From the NCBI GenBank assembly GCA_963826115.1, contig CAWGVS010000005.1, positions 352,001 to 416,000 of the forward strand: a DNA stretch of 64,000 nucleotides. The letters run 5' to 3'. This stretch comes from an uncultured Candidatus Rokubacteria bacterium. Lineage in GTDB: Bacteria; Methylomirabilota; Methylomirabilia; Rokubacteriales; DASRDR01. The position numbers and the translations under genes were made by a program. Positions 48,648-57,970 of the stretch are shown here, piece by piece. Position 1 is the first letter of the stretch. Every line of letters starts with the position of its first letter. Below the pieces are notes generated by a model. That model was given only the letters and a program-made list of their open reading frames with translations. It had not been told where the DNA came from and ran no database searches.

Positions 48648-50970
48648 CTACAGCCCCGGCCGCGACTCCGTGGGCGGCGGGTCGTAGGCCCGGATGGGCG
48701 GTACGGGACCGGTCCAGCGCTCGACCTCGACCAGGGCGTGCTGGCCGGAGCAGCCCTGGGCGAGCTTCGACGTGCCGCGGTCGAAAGTCAGGACGTTCGG
48801 GTTCCCGTGGACGCACATCGCGTCCGGGTCCGCGGGGTCGAGCGGGTCGTACCAGGCGCCGGTCGCCAGCTGGACCACGCGGGGTCGCACCGCGTCGGTG
48901 ACCACCGCGCCCGCGAGGCAGCTGCCCCGGCCGTTGAACACGCGCACGACGTCGCCGCTCCGGACCCCGCGCGGCTCCGCGTCCGACGGGTGGATGCGGA
49001 TCGGCTCGCGCCCCGCGACCTTGGACGCCTGGCTGAACGCGCCGACGTCGAGCTGGCTGTGGAGCCGCGTCGTGGGGTTGTTCGCGACCAGGTGGAGCGG
49101 GTAGCGCTCGGCGAGGGGCGCCCCGAGCCATTCCGTCGGCTCGAGCCACGACGGGTGGCCCGGGCAGTCCTTGTAGCCGAAGCCGTCGACCGTCTCGGAG
49201 AAGATCTCGATGCGCCCGCTCGGGGTGGCGAGCCGCGCGCCCTCCGGATCGTCGCGGAACGCCTTCAGGAGCACCAGGTCCCGGTCGGCGTCGGCGACCT
49301 CGAGGGACCCCGCGGCCCAGAACTCGTCGAAGCCCGGCAGCGCCGGCCCGCCGCGGTGCAGGACCTTCTCGCGCCAGCCTCCGTAGAGGTGCCGGAGCCA
49401 GCCCATCTCGTCGCGCCCCTCGGTGAAGCGCGGTGCCCGCGCCCAGCGCCGCGGCGAGGTCGCTGAAGATCGCGTACTCGCTCCGCGACTCCCGGTACGG
49501 CTCGATCGCCTTCCGCATCGCGATCAGGCAGGGGTCGTTCGGAGAGCCGCCGATGTCGTTCCGCTCGAGCGTCACGGTCGCGGGCAGCACGATGTCGGCG
49601 TGCCGCGCCATCGCCGTCCAGAACGGATCGTGCACGACGACGGTGTCCGGCGTGGCGAGGGCGCGTCGCAAGCGGGCGAGGTCCTGGTGGTGGTGAAAGG
49701 GGTTCCCGCCGCACCAGTACACGAGCCGGATCCGCGGGTAGGCCAGGCGCTTCCCGTCGAAGTCGAAGGGCTCGCCCGGCTGGAGCAGCATGTCGGCCAG
49801 GCGGGCGAACGGGATGGCGGCGCGCACCGGGTTCGGCCGCTGGGGCAGGGCGGGGGGATGGCTCCGGAGGGGCGGGCGGCCGACGTAGCCGAGCGAGCCG
49901 TAGCCGCTGCCGAATCCGCCGCCCGGGAGCCCGATCTGCCCGAGCATCGCCGCCAGCGTGACCACCATCCACGGCGCCTGCTCGCCGTGCTCAGCTCGCT
50001 GGAGGGACCAGTTCGCGTTGATGAACGTCCGGCGCGACGCCATCCGGCGCGCGAGCGTCCGGATCGTCGCCGCGGGGATCCCGGAGATCCGCTCCGCCCA
50101 CTCGGGCGTCTTGGGCGTCCCGTCGTCCGCGCCACGGAGGTAGCGCTCGAAGCGGTCGAAGCCCGCGCAGTAGCGCCCGAGGAACTCGCGGTCCGCGCGC
50201 TCCTCGGCGACGAGCGCGTGGGCGAGGCCCAGCATGAGCGCGACGTCGGTACCGGGGACGACCGGGAGCCACTCGGCGTCCAGGAACTCGGGCAGGTCGT
50301 CCCGCATCGGGCTCACCAGGACGAACTCGGCCCCGCGGGCCCGCATGGCGCGCAGGTGGTCCCGGAGAGGGTGGCGGCTCGCGCCCCCGGGGCTCACCAT
50401 CGTGTTCTTGAGCGGGATGCCCCCGAAGCAGACGAAGAGCTCGGTGTGGCGCTCGATCACGGACCACGCAGTGGCGCGGTCCAGGTAGCTCCGCATGTCG
50501 CCCAGCACGTGGGGCATGATCACGGTCAGGGCGCCGTTACTGTACGTGTGCTCCCCGCGCACGAAGCCGCCGAGACAGTTGAGGAAGCGGTGGAGCTGGC
50601 TCTGCGCGTGGTGGAAGCGCCCCGCGCTGGCCCATCCGTAGGAGCCTCCGTACACCGCCTCGCCGCCGTGGGCGTCGTAGACGCGCCGGAGCTCTCGCGA
50701 CAGGAGATCGACGGCGGTCGGCCAGCTGACCGGCACGAAGGGCTCGGCGCCCCGGCGCCGGTCGGGTCCCGGGCCGCGGTCGAGCCAGCCGGCGCGGACC
50801 ATCGGCTGCGCGATGCGCGCGCGGTGACGGAGGCTCCCGGTGATGTTGCCGAGGAGCGGCGACGGGTCCGTGTCCTCGCGGTGGGGGTGGACCGCGACGA
50901 CGGCGCCGTCCTCGACCTCCGCCTCGAAGGCGCCCCAGTGGGACGCGTGGAGCTGCCGCTCGGTCGTCAT
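48648..50970 (-). CDS. Molybdopterin oxidoreductase, BisC/TorZ-like S/N-oxide reductase, with one +1 frameshift near 49433
   Basis: ASHWGAF, GSYGWASAGRFHHAQSQ, HTYS Mo-ligand Ser, GGNPFHHHQD; TPSGRIE and RLHSQ in the next frame; no Tat signal; span 2323 nt = 3n+1. Confidence 0.88.
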
Positions 50971-51132
50971 GTCGCGCTCTCCCGGGGCGAGAATGGCACG
51001 GCGGAGCGCGCCGGGACAAGCGTCGCGGCCCGTCCCCCTTGCGACGCGCGCCCGCCTTCGTCTATGTTCCGCTGGCCGGGGCAGTCGGGGCCCGGCGGGG
51101 ATACTCTCACTGATCCGGAGGGACGGCGACGC

Positions 51133-52156
51133 ATGAGCGACGGACGTCGGGTGATCGCGAACATCGGCATACTCTTGAATGGCGCGGCGGCCGAGCGCGA
51201 GCGGCTGGCCGCGGCGGGCGCGCGGGTCGTCGAGGCCCGCGGCGGCAGCGAGGACGAGCTTCGTCGCCTCGTGCGGCGACGCCGAGGTCGTCCTCGGTCT
51301 CGGCCAGTTCCCGTTCACTGACCGGGTGTTCGAGAGCCTGCCGCGCCTCCAGTTCCTCATGCAGTGCACGGTGGGCTACGACCGGGTGGACGTCGACGCC
51401 GCGACGCGCCACGGGGTGATGGTGTGCAACAGCCCGCGGTTCTGCATCGAGGAGGTCTCCGACCACGCGGCGATGCTCCTCCTGGCCTGCACCCGCAAGC
51501 TGCCCCAGCAGGTCGACGCGTACCGGCGTCACGGCTGGAGCCGTCCGCCCGCGGTCGAGGCGATGGGCCCCGTGTACCGCATGCGGGGGCAGACCCTTGG
51601 CTTTGTCGCCTTCGGGAAGATCGCGCGCCTGACCGCGGAGAAGCTGTCCGGCTTCGGGATGCGCTACCTCGCGTACGACCCCTATCTCACGCCCGAGGCC
51701 GTGCGCCGGTGGAACGTCGAGCTGGTCCCCCTCGACGAGCTGTGCCGGCGCTCCGACTTCATCTCGATGCACGCGCTCCTGAACGGCGAGACCCGAGCCC
51801 TCTTCGGGGCGGCCCAGTTCGCGGCGATGAAGCCCACGGCCTACTTCGTGAACACCTCGCGTGGCGGGACGGTCGACGAGGCGGCGATGATCCAGACGCT
51901 CCGGGAGGGCCGGATCGCCGGCGCGGCGCTCGACGTCCTCGTCCAGGAGCCGCCCCATCCGGACAACCCGCTCCTGACGCTCCCCAACGTGCTGCTGACG
52001 TCGCACACCGCCGGACACGGCGAGGGCTCCATGGCGGACAACCGGCAGCAGTCGGTCGACCAGGTCCTGCGCTTCCTCGGCGGCCGGTGGCCGACGGCGC
52101 TCGTGAACCCCGAGGTCAAGGTGCGCGCCCGCGCGGGCGCTCTCCGGGAGTCCTGA
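51133..52156 (+). CDS. D-2-hydroxyacid dehydrogenase (CtBP-like) with one +1 frameshift near 51260
   Basis: VGYDRVD, EEVSDHA, FVNTSRG, ALDV..QEP, TSH; N-terminus MSDGRRVIAN in an adjacent frame; span 1024 nt = 3n+1. Confidence 0.85.
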
Positions 52157-52159
52157 GCC

Positions 52160-53044
52160 GTGGCGCGCGTCAACCGGGCGCTCGAGCTCCTCGCCCAGGA
52201 CCAACCCGTCTACTACCAGCATCTCGACGGGCTCGGGAGCGGAGGACACGAGGCGGGCCGGGCCGCCGCCGGCACGTGGGCCGACTACCTGAGCTACGAC
52301 GCCGAGCACGCGCCGTTCGACGCCGGCGAGCTCCGGGCGTTCGTGAAAGGCCTCGTGGAGGCAGGTCCGACGCGAAGCGGCCACCGGATGCCGACCGTGA
52401 TCGTCAGCCTCCCCGTCGACGGCAGCAGCGAGGCGGTCGTGCGCGCCAACGCGTGGATGGTGCACCAGGCGCTGGCGACCGGGATCCACGGACTGCTCCT
52501 CTGCCACGCCGAGACGCCCGACGCGGTCCGCGCGTTCGTCGAGGCGGCGCGGTATCCGCACCACACGGCGGGCGTCGGCGCGCGCCTCGGGGTGGGCCGG
52601 CGGGGGAGCGGCGGACAGGGGCACGCGGCGGCGATGTGGGGCGTCCCGGTGGCCGACTACCTGGACCGCGCGGACCCGTGGCCTCTGAACCCCCGCGGGG
52701 AGCTTGTCCTCGGCCTCAAGATCGAGAACGTCCGGGCGCTCCAGAACGTCGAGGCGAGCGTCGCGGTCCCCGGGATCTCGTTCGCCGAGTGGGGTCCGGG
52801 CGACATGGGTCTCTCGATGGGTCATCCCACCCAGCACGACCCGCCATACCCGCCGGACATGCTCGCCGCGCGGAGCCGCGTCCTGGCCGCGTGCCGGGCC
52901 GCGGGCATCGCCTTCCTCGACCAGGTGACGCCCGAGAACGTGGTCCAGCAGATCGCGGAGGGCGTCCGCATCGGGGCGGGCAGCCGCGCGCGCGAGGCGG
53001 CCGAGGTGGGTCGCCGACACACGAAGCGCGCGATGCCCTGGTAG
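52160..53044 (+). CDS. HpcH/HpaI aldolase / citrate lyase family protein
   Basis: YDAEHAPF, LKIEN, EWGPGDMGLSMG. Confidence 0.75.
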   Translation: MARVNRALELLAQDQPVYYQHLDGLGSGGHEAGRAAAGTWADYLSYDAEHAPFDAGELRAFVKGLVEAGPTRSGHRMPTVIVSLPVDGSSEAVVRANAWMVHQALATGIHGLLLCHAETPDAVRAFVEAARYPHHTAGVGARLGVGRRGSGGQGHAAAMWGVPVADYLDRADPWPLNPRGELVLGLKIENVRALQNVEASVAVPGISFAEWGPGDMGLSMGHPTQHDPPYPPDMLAARSRVLAACRAAGIAFLDQVTPENVVQQIAEGVRIGAGSRAREAAEVGRRHTKRAMPW

Positions 53045-53116
53045 CGGCGCGGCGCGCCCGACCGTCGGCCCCGCGAAGGCGAGGCCGGCGACGCGCCGTG
53101 CGCTAGACTGAGCGCG

Positions 53117-54031
53117 ATGGGCGCGCCCATCTACGTGGAGATTTCGATCCGGGCTCCGCTCGAGGAGCTCTGGCGCCACACCCAGTCACCGGATCTCCAC
53201 CAACGGTGGGACCTCCGGTTCACCCGCATCACCTATCTCCCGCGCCCCGGCCCCACGGCGCCCCAGCGCTTCCTCTACGAGACCCGCATCGGATTCGGGC
53301 TCGGGGTCTCCGGCGAGGGCGAGACGGTCGGCGACCGGGACCTCGCGGACGGGACGCGGAGCTCGGCCCTCCGGTTCTGGTCGGCCGATCCGAAATCCCT
53401 CATTCGCGAGGGCTCGGGGTACTGGAAGTACGTGCCGGCGAGCGCGACGATCCGCTTCCTCACGCGCTACGACTACGCAGCCCGCTTCGGCCTGCCGGGC
53501 CGATGGCTCGACGCCCTCCTGTTTCGCCCGCTCCTCGGATGGGCGACGGCCTGGAGCTTCGATCGGCTGCGGCGCTGGCTCGAGGACGGGCTTCCACCCG
53601 AGGCCGCGCTGCGCCAGGCGGTCGTCCACGCGGTGGCGCGCTCCGCGCTCGGGCTCACGTGGCTCTACCAGGGCCTGGTGCCGAAGCTCCTGGCTCCGGA
53701 GCGGGGCGAGCTGGCGATCCTGCGCGCCTCGGGCCTCTTCGCGGGGCGCGAGGGCGTCGTCCTCCCGCTCCTGGGCGCGGCGGAGATCGCCCTCGGGCTC
53801 GCGCTCCTCGCGAGGCCGGGCTGGCGCTGGCCGCTCGCCGCGACCGTGCTGATCCTGCCGGGGTTCCTGGTCGCCGCGCTCCTCGCCGCGCCGGCGAGCT
53901 TCCTCGCGCCGTTCAACCCGCCGACGCTCATCCTGGCGATGGCGGCGCTCGCCGCGATCGGCTGGTGCGCGTCGAAGGACGTCGTGTCCGCCCGGCACTG
54001 CCGGCGGCGTCCGGACGCGGCGGGCTCGTGA
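53117..54031 (+). CDS. SRPBCC-like domain fused to a DoxX-like membrane domain (YndG-like)
   Basis: PIYVEISI, HQRWDLRF, GSGYWKY, WATAWSFDRLR, WLYQGLVPKL, PFNP. Confidence 0.72.
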   Translation: MGAPIYVEISIRAPLEELWRHTQSPDLHQRWDLRFTRITYLPRPGPTAPQRFLYETRIGFGLGVSGEGETVGDRDLADGTRSSALRFWSADPKSLIREGSGYWKYVPASATIRFLTRYDYAARFGLPGRWLDALLFRPLLGWATAWSFDRLRRWLEDGLPPEAALRQAVVHAVARSALGLTWLYQGLVPKLLAPERGELAILRASGLFAGREGVVLPLLGAAEIALGLALLARPGWRWPLAATVLILPGFLVAALLAAPASFLAPFNPPTLILAMAALAAIGWCASKDVVSARHCRRRPDAAGS

Positions 54032-54708
54032 GCTCGATCTACCGGCGCGCGCTCGGCGCCGACTTCGATCGGCTGCACCCCCAGATCCAGCGGCGGTTCG
54101 GCTTCGGGAGCGCCGACGGCGTCGCCTCGATCGGCACGGGACGGATGGAGGAGGTGTGGCGCGGCCCGGCCTACACGCTGCCGTTCCTCGCCGTCGGCGC
54201 GTGGCGCCACATCATGTTCCCGGCGACCGGGCGGGACGTGCCGTTCCGGATCGAGAACTACGCCTACGTCGACGGGCTCGGTCGCGAGACCGTGACCTGG
54301 GTGCGGACCTTCGAGCTCCCGGGCCGGACCCGCCGCTTCGACGCCACGATGATCTACGCCGAGCGACGCGGCTGCATCGTGGACTACCTCGGCACCCACC
54401 AGCACCTCGCGGTGGACATTCACCTGTCCGTCGACGAGCGGGGAGGTCTCCGCCTCCGGTCGGGCGAGCAGCGGTTCTACGAGGGCCCGGTCGCGTTCCG
54501 CTTCCCGCTGCTGTTCTCCGGCGTGGCGGACGTGCGCGAATGGTTCGACGACGCCGCGGGACGGTTCCGGATCGAGGTGACCGTGACGAACCGGACGTGG
54601 GGACGCCTCTTCGGCTACCGGGGCTGGTTCACCGCCGCGTGGCCCGCGTGCCCGCCGGCCGCGGTGCCACCGCACGTCCGCCCGCTCCGCGAGGAGCCCC
54701 GTGAGTGA
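54028..54708 (+). CDS. DUF4166 domain protein (YndH-like)
   Basis: IYRRALGADFDRLHP, ETVTWVRTF, DYLGTHQHL, LFGYRG. Confidence 0.78.
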   Translation: MSSIYRRALGADFDRLHPQIQRRFGFGSADGVASIGTGRMEEVWRGPAYTLPFLAVGAWRHIMFPATGRDVPFRIENYAYVDGLGRETVTWVRTFELPGRTRRFDATMIYAERRGCIVDYLGTHQHLAVDIHLSVDERGGLRLRSGEQRFYEGPVAFRFPLLFSGVADVREWFDDAAGRFRIEVTVTNRTWGRLFGYRGWFTAAWPACPPAAVPPHVRPLREEPRE

Positions 54709-55147
54709 GGGGCGCCCGGCCACCGGCGACGGGCCGATCATCCTTTACGACGGTGTCTGCGGGCTGTGCAACCGGCTCAACCGGTTCGTGCTGGCCCGCG
54801 ACCGGGCGGGCCGCTTCCGCTTCGCTCCGCTGCAGGGTCGCCTCGCCGGGGAGATCCTGACGCGCCACGGCCGGGATTCCCGCGACCTCGACACCCTCTA
54901 CCTGGTCCTGGATCCGGGCCGCCCGGGGGAGCGCCTGCTCCGGAAGTCGGATGCCGCGCTCTGGATCCTCCGCGAGCTCGGCGGGCCCTGGCGGATGGCC
55001 GGCGCCCTCCGTGTCGTGCCGCCGGCGCTCCGTGACCTCGGCTACGACATGGTCGCGCGGACCCGCTACCGCCTCTTCGGGCGATACGACAGCTGCCCCT
55101 TGCCGGCCCCGGAGCATCGCGACCGTTTCGTCGACCTCGGCGCCTGA
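54701..55147 (+). CDS. DCC family thiol-disulfide oxidoreductase (DUF393)
   Basis: LYDGVCGLC, FRFAPLQG, KSDAAL, RD.GY..VAR.RY..FG. Confidence 0.9.
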   Translation: MSEGRPATGDGPIILYDGVCGLCNRLNRFVLARDRAGRFRFAPLQGRLAGEILTRHGRDSRDLDTLYLVLDPGRPGERLLRKSDAALWILRELGGPWRMAGALRVVPPALRDLGYDMVARTRYRLFGRYDSCPLPAPEHRDRFVDLGA

Positions 55148-55154
55148 CCTCCGG

Positions 55155-55696
55155 TCAGCGCTCGACGGCGGCGAGGAGGTCCCCGACGGGGAGGGCGTCG
55201 CCGAACGACTCGCTCGGGCGCGCGTAGCGGTCGACGTCTCCCGGGCCGAGAACGAAGCTCCCGCCGAGCTGGAACGGGTGCTGCCCCGTCCGCCCCTGGC
55301 GGTATCCTCCCGCCCGTGCCCGCTTCTTGGCGAGCCAGTTGGCATGGCGGAAGAGGTGGCCGAGCGAGGCGGACCGCAGCTCCACCGCGCGGTACGCGGT
55401 GCGTTGCGCGTCGACCAGCAGGGGAAAGGCGATCCCCGACTCGTCGCGGAACGCGCGGGCGTAGCCGAGCGTCCCCCATGCCGATCGCGGCGAGCCGCGC
55501 CCCGCGCGACCCGGAATTCCCCCTCGTGGTCGCGCAACTGCGCGACGTGCTCCCGGCAGAACACTCAGCCGTAGTGGCGGAGGAAGACGAGGACCGCCGG
55601 AGCGTCGGTCCACAGGCTGCCGAGGCGGACCGGCCGCGCGTCGGCGTCGGGCAGGACGATCGGCGCGAGCCGGGCCGCGATCGACGCCGTCGCCAT
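55155..55696 (-). CDS. AhpC/TSA-like (PRXL2/SelL-related) redoxin, predicted selenoprotein (UxxC); two +1 indels near 55510 and 55475
   Basis: VLVFLRHYG-TGA-VFCREHVAQL, then GARLAAIGMG, then FPLLVD...AYRA...QLGGSFVLGPG across frames; span 542 nt = 3n+2. Confidence 0.78.
55529..55546 (-). promoter_or_regulatory. Putative bacterial SECIS hairpin
   Basis: GUCGCGC-AGUU-GCGCGAC, perfect 7-bp stem starting 18 nt after UGA (55565-55567), G at loop position 2. Confidence 0.65.
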
Positions 55697-56136
55697 CAGG
55701 CGAGGCGCCGGTGCTCGACCATCAGGCACCGGTCCTGGACCACGCGGATGCCGGCGCGCGCCCAGGTTTCTGCCGCCTCCTGGTGCGCGATCCCCAGCTG
55801 GAGCCAGACGGCGCGAGGCTTCACCGCCAGGATGTCCTCCACGTGGGGCGGAATGTCGCGCGGGCGCCGGAAGACGTTGACCATGTCGATCGCGCCGGGC
55901 ACGGCCCGGAGCGATCGGTAAACCGGGCGCCCCAGAATCTCGACGACCTCCGGGTAGTAGACCGGCACGGGCACGACGTCGTAGCCGTGCCGCAGCATGT
56001 AGTCGGGCACGTAGAAGGCGGGCGCTCCAGCGCGCGACTCCGGCTTGATTCCGAGGACCGCGATCCGGCGGCACTCCCGGACGAGCGCCGCCATCTCCTG
56101 GGAGTCCGTCACGAGGTTCGCCCGCCAGGAATTCAT
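55696..56136 (-). CDS. CoA-binding protein (YccU-like)
   Basis: RIAVLGI, IDMVNVFRRP, VWLQLGI, VVQDRCLMVEH; TGATG coupling to the redoxin. Confidence 0.9.
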   Translation of the reverse strand: MNSWRANLVTDSQEMAALVRECRRIAVLGIKPESRAGAPAFYVPDYMLRHGYDVVPVPVYYPEVVEILGRPVYRSLRAVPGAIDMVNVFRRPRDIPPHVEDILAVKPRAVWLQLGIAHQEAAETWARAGIRVVQDRCLMVEHRRLA

Positions 56137-56298
56137 GAACGCAGTGTACGCGAGCGTTACACGCCGCGGGACGGCGCGAACCGGGCCGGTAGGTTCCGGC
56201 CCGGGGAGAGAACGTCTGGAGCTACGGGTCCGACGACGCGGAGCCGGAGTTGGCTCCAGGGGAGTGCGTCGCCCCGGCGGGCGGCTGCTAGTACGAGC

Positions 56299-56991
56299 CT
56301 AGCTCGACCTCTTCCAGCGGCGGCGCCCCACCGCTCCGAGGCCGACGAGACCGGAGCCGAGGAGCAGGAGCGAGGCAGGCTCGGGCGTCGGCGCCACCTG
56401 CAGGTGGTCGACCTCGAAGAAGATCGGCCCGCTGTTGGTGACACGAACCGAGCTAATGCCCGCCGGATCGTACACCCCGAGGAAGCCTTCCACGGCGTGG
56501 TCGAAGCCCCCCGGTGTGGCATCGATCGCGGACGAGGTTTGGCTGTTCGCGGTCATGGTGAAGCTGTTGGTGAAACCAGCGGCGTCGTCGTACACCCAGA
56601 GGCCAAAGCCGAGGACCGGCTGCGAGAACGTGAACTCGATCTGGCTATCGGGTCCCGCGCCTCCGGAGCGGTTCAACAGAGCGGCGTCGAAGACCGTGCC
56701 CAGGACGCCTCCGTCGTAGCTTCCCCTGAAGATCTCGGCGCCGGAGACCGGGATGTTGGGCAACGAGAAGGTGATGTCCAGGCCGCCCAAGGTGATCTTC
56801 GGGATGTCGCCGTTGGCATAGGCGTCCAGGCTGTCCTCGAAGAAGGTTCCGACCGTGCCCTGCCAGCCCGTGTCGTTGGCCGGGTTGGAGCCCGAGACCG
56901 CGAAGAAGATCGGAACCGCGCCAACCGGCCCTGCTGCCATCACGGTGCTCGCAAGCGTCAGCCCGAGCACGGTTCTGCCCCAAGGCGTCAT
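56299..56991 (-). CDS. PEP-CTERM sorting domain-containing secreted protein
   Basis: N-terminal signal peptide; C-terminal TPEPASLLLLGSGLVGLGAVGRRRWKR (PEP + TM + basic tail). Confidence 0.92.
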   Translation of the reverse strand: MTPWGRTVLGLTLASTVMAAGPVGAVPIFFAVSGSNPANDTGWQGTVGTFFEDSLDAYANGDIPKITLGGLDITFSLPNIPVSGAEIFRGSYDGGVLGTVFDAALLNRSGGAGPDSQIEFTFSQPVLGFGLWVYDDAAGFTNSFTMTANSQTSSAIDATPGGFDHAVEGFLGVYDPAGISSVRVTNSGPIFFEVDHLQVAPTPEPASLLLLGSGLVGLGAVGRRRWKRSS

Positions 56992-57054
56992 GGACGTCCT
57001 CTCACCCAGCAGGGTCTTCGGGTGGCGTGCAATCCTTCGCTCGGGGCCGAACGC

Positions 57055-57070
57055 AGCAAGAGTCGAGCCA
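57055..57070 (-). promoter_or_regulatory. Sigma-54 (-24/-12) promoter of the PEP-CTERM gene
   Basis: TGGCTCGACTCTTGCT versus consensus TGGCACG-N4-TTGCW, one mismatch; 63 nt upstream of ATG. Confidence 0.75.
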
Positions 57071-57195
57071 TCGAGTTGGACGACGCCAGGTAGTGGGTGG
57101 GGTCATCGTCGCTTGCTGAAGGTCCGGCAATTGAGTGCTCTGGCGATGGGCCGAAAGGTTGGCTGGGTGCTGGCCGCTCGCTGGCAACGGCGCAG

Positions 57196-57256
57196 TGTGC
57201 AAGAGCCCGACCAGAGGTGTGAAACCGGCCCACACGAAGTGTGAAGTAATCCTGCA
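57196..57256. promoter_or_regulatory. Three phased enhancer-like boxes (TGT-N11-ACA type, 22-bp period)
   Basis: TGTGCAAGAGCCCGACC (57196), TGTGAAACCGGCCCACA (57218), TGTGAAGTAATCCTGCA (57240). Confidence 0.6.
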
Positions 57257-57283
57257 GCCCGTCTGGGCGGGCGCCCCTCGCGA

Positions 57284-57946
57284 TCAGGCGGTGGCGAGGA
57301 AGCGCTGGAAGCGGCGGGCGACCTCCGGGGGCGTGACCGTCGGGCGCCCCAGCTTCGCAAGGGATCCCGGAGCGATCCGTACGTGGATGAGGTGAGGGCC
57401 GGCGGCGTCGCGCGTCGCGCCGTAGGCCTGCTCGAACCCCGCAGGCTGTCGCACGTCGAGCCGCTCGCGTAGCCGCACGCCAGGGCGACCGCCGCAAAGT
57501 CGACGCTTGCCGAGACGGTGGCCTGGCCGCCCGTGGACGAGGTTGGCGGGCGCGCGGCTGCCGATGGTCGCGAGGTTGCCGAGCTTCATGAGCGCGGCGC
57601 CGTCGCCGTCGAGGACGACCACCGGGCGAGGTGTATGGAAGGCTACCCCGAGCCCCATCGCGCTCGCGCCGCCCATCGAGCCGACCTGGTAGAGGTGCTG
57701 CGGCCGGTCCGCCAGGGTGAAGAGCTCGCGGCCACACTTCCCGGTCGTGGCAATGACCCCCGCCGCGTCCGGCACGACGGCGAGGAAGCGCTCCAGGACC
57801 TCGTATCGGGTGGGGCGGGGGCCGTGCTCCCGGAAGTCGCGCCGGACCCCCGGCGGGCGCGCGTCGGCGGGCTTCTGGTCGAGGCCGTCGTCGCGGACGG
57901 TGTCCTTCGCCATCACGAACGCGAAGGGCGGCTCGGACCGCGCCAT
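57284..57946 (-). pseudogene. Phosphonopyruvate decarboxylase (AepY/Ppd-like) relic: 5'-truncated, internal deletion, frameshifts
   Basis: ATTGKCGRELF, VGSMGGAS, LDGDGAALMKLG, LGRP; STGGQATVS..VDFAAVALACGY is in a different frame; the usual LDN..HD segment and the N-terminal domain are missing. Confidence 0.75.
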
Positions 57947-57970
57947 CTCCGCCCCGGCCTGGGCGTGCTC

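Noticed and set aside
48220-51369. 1049-aa molybdoenzyme ORF
   Set aside because: Inflated by upstream non-coding sequence and off-frame read-through after the indel near 49433; the real gene is 48648-50970
43900-55515. Programmed ribosomal frameshifting in the broken genes
   Set aside because: Unrelated enzymes, no slippery heptamers, all +1 and clustered; sequence error is the simpler explanation
57196-57256. 22-bp periodic repeat as a mini-CRISPR or iteron array
   Set aside because: Only three degenerate units, no repeat-spacer structure, no cas or rep gene; position fits sigma-54 enhancer sites
56992-57283. Riboswitch or ncRNA upstream of the PEP-CTERM gene
   Set aside because: No recognisable aptamer consensus could be supported by eye; the promoter elements explain the region; an Rfam scan would be needed
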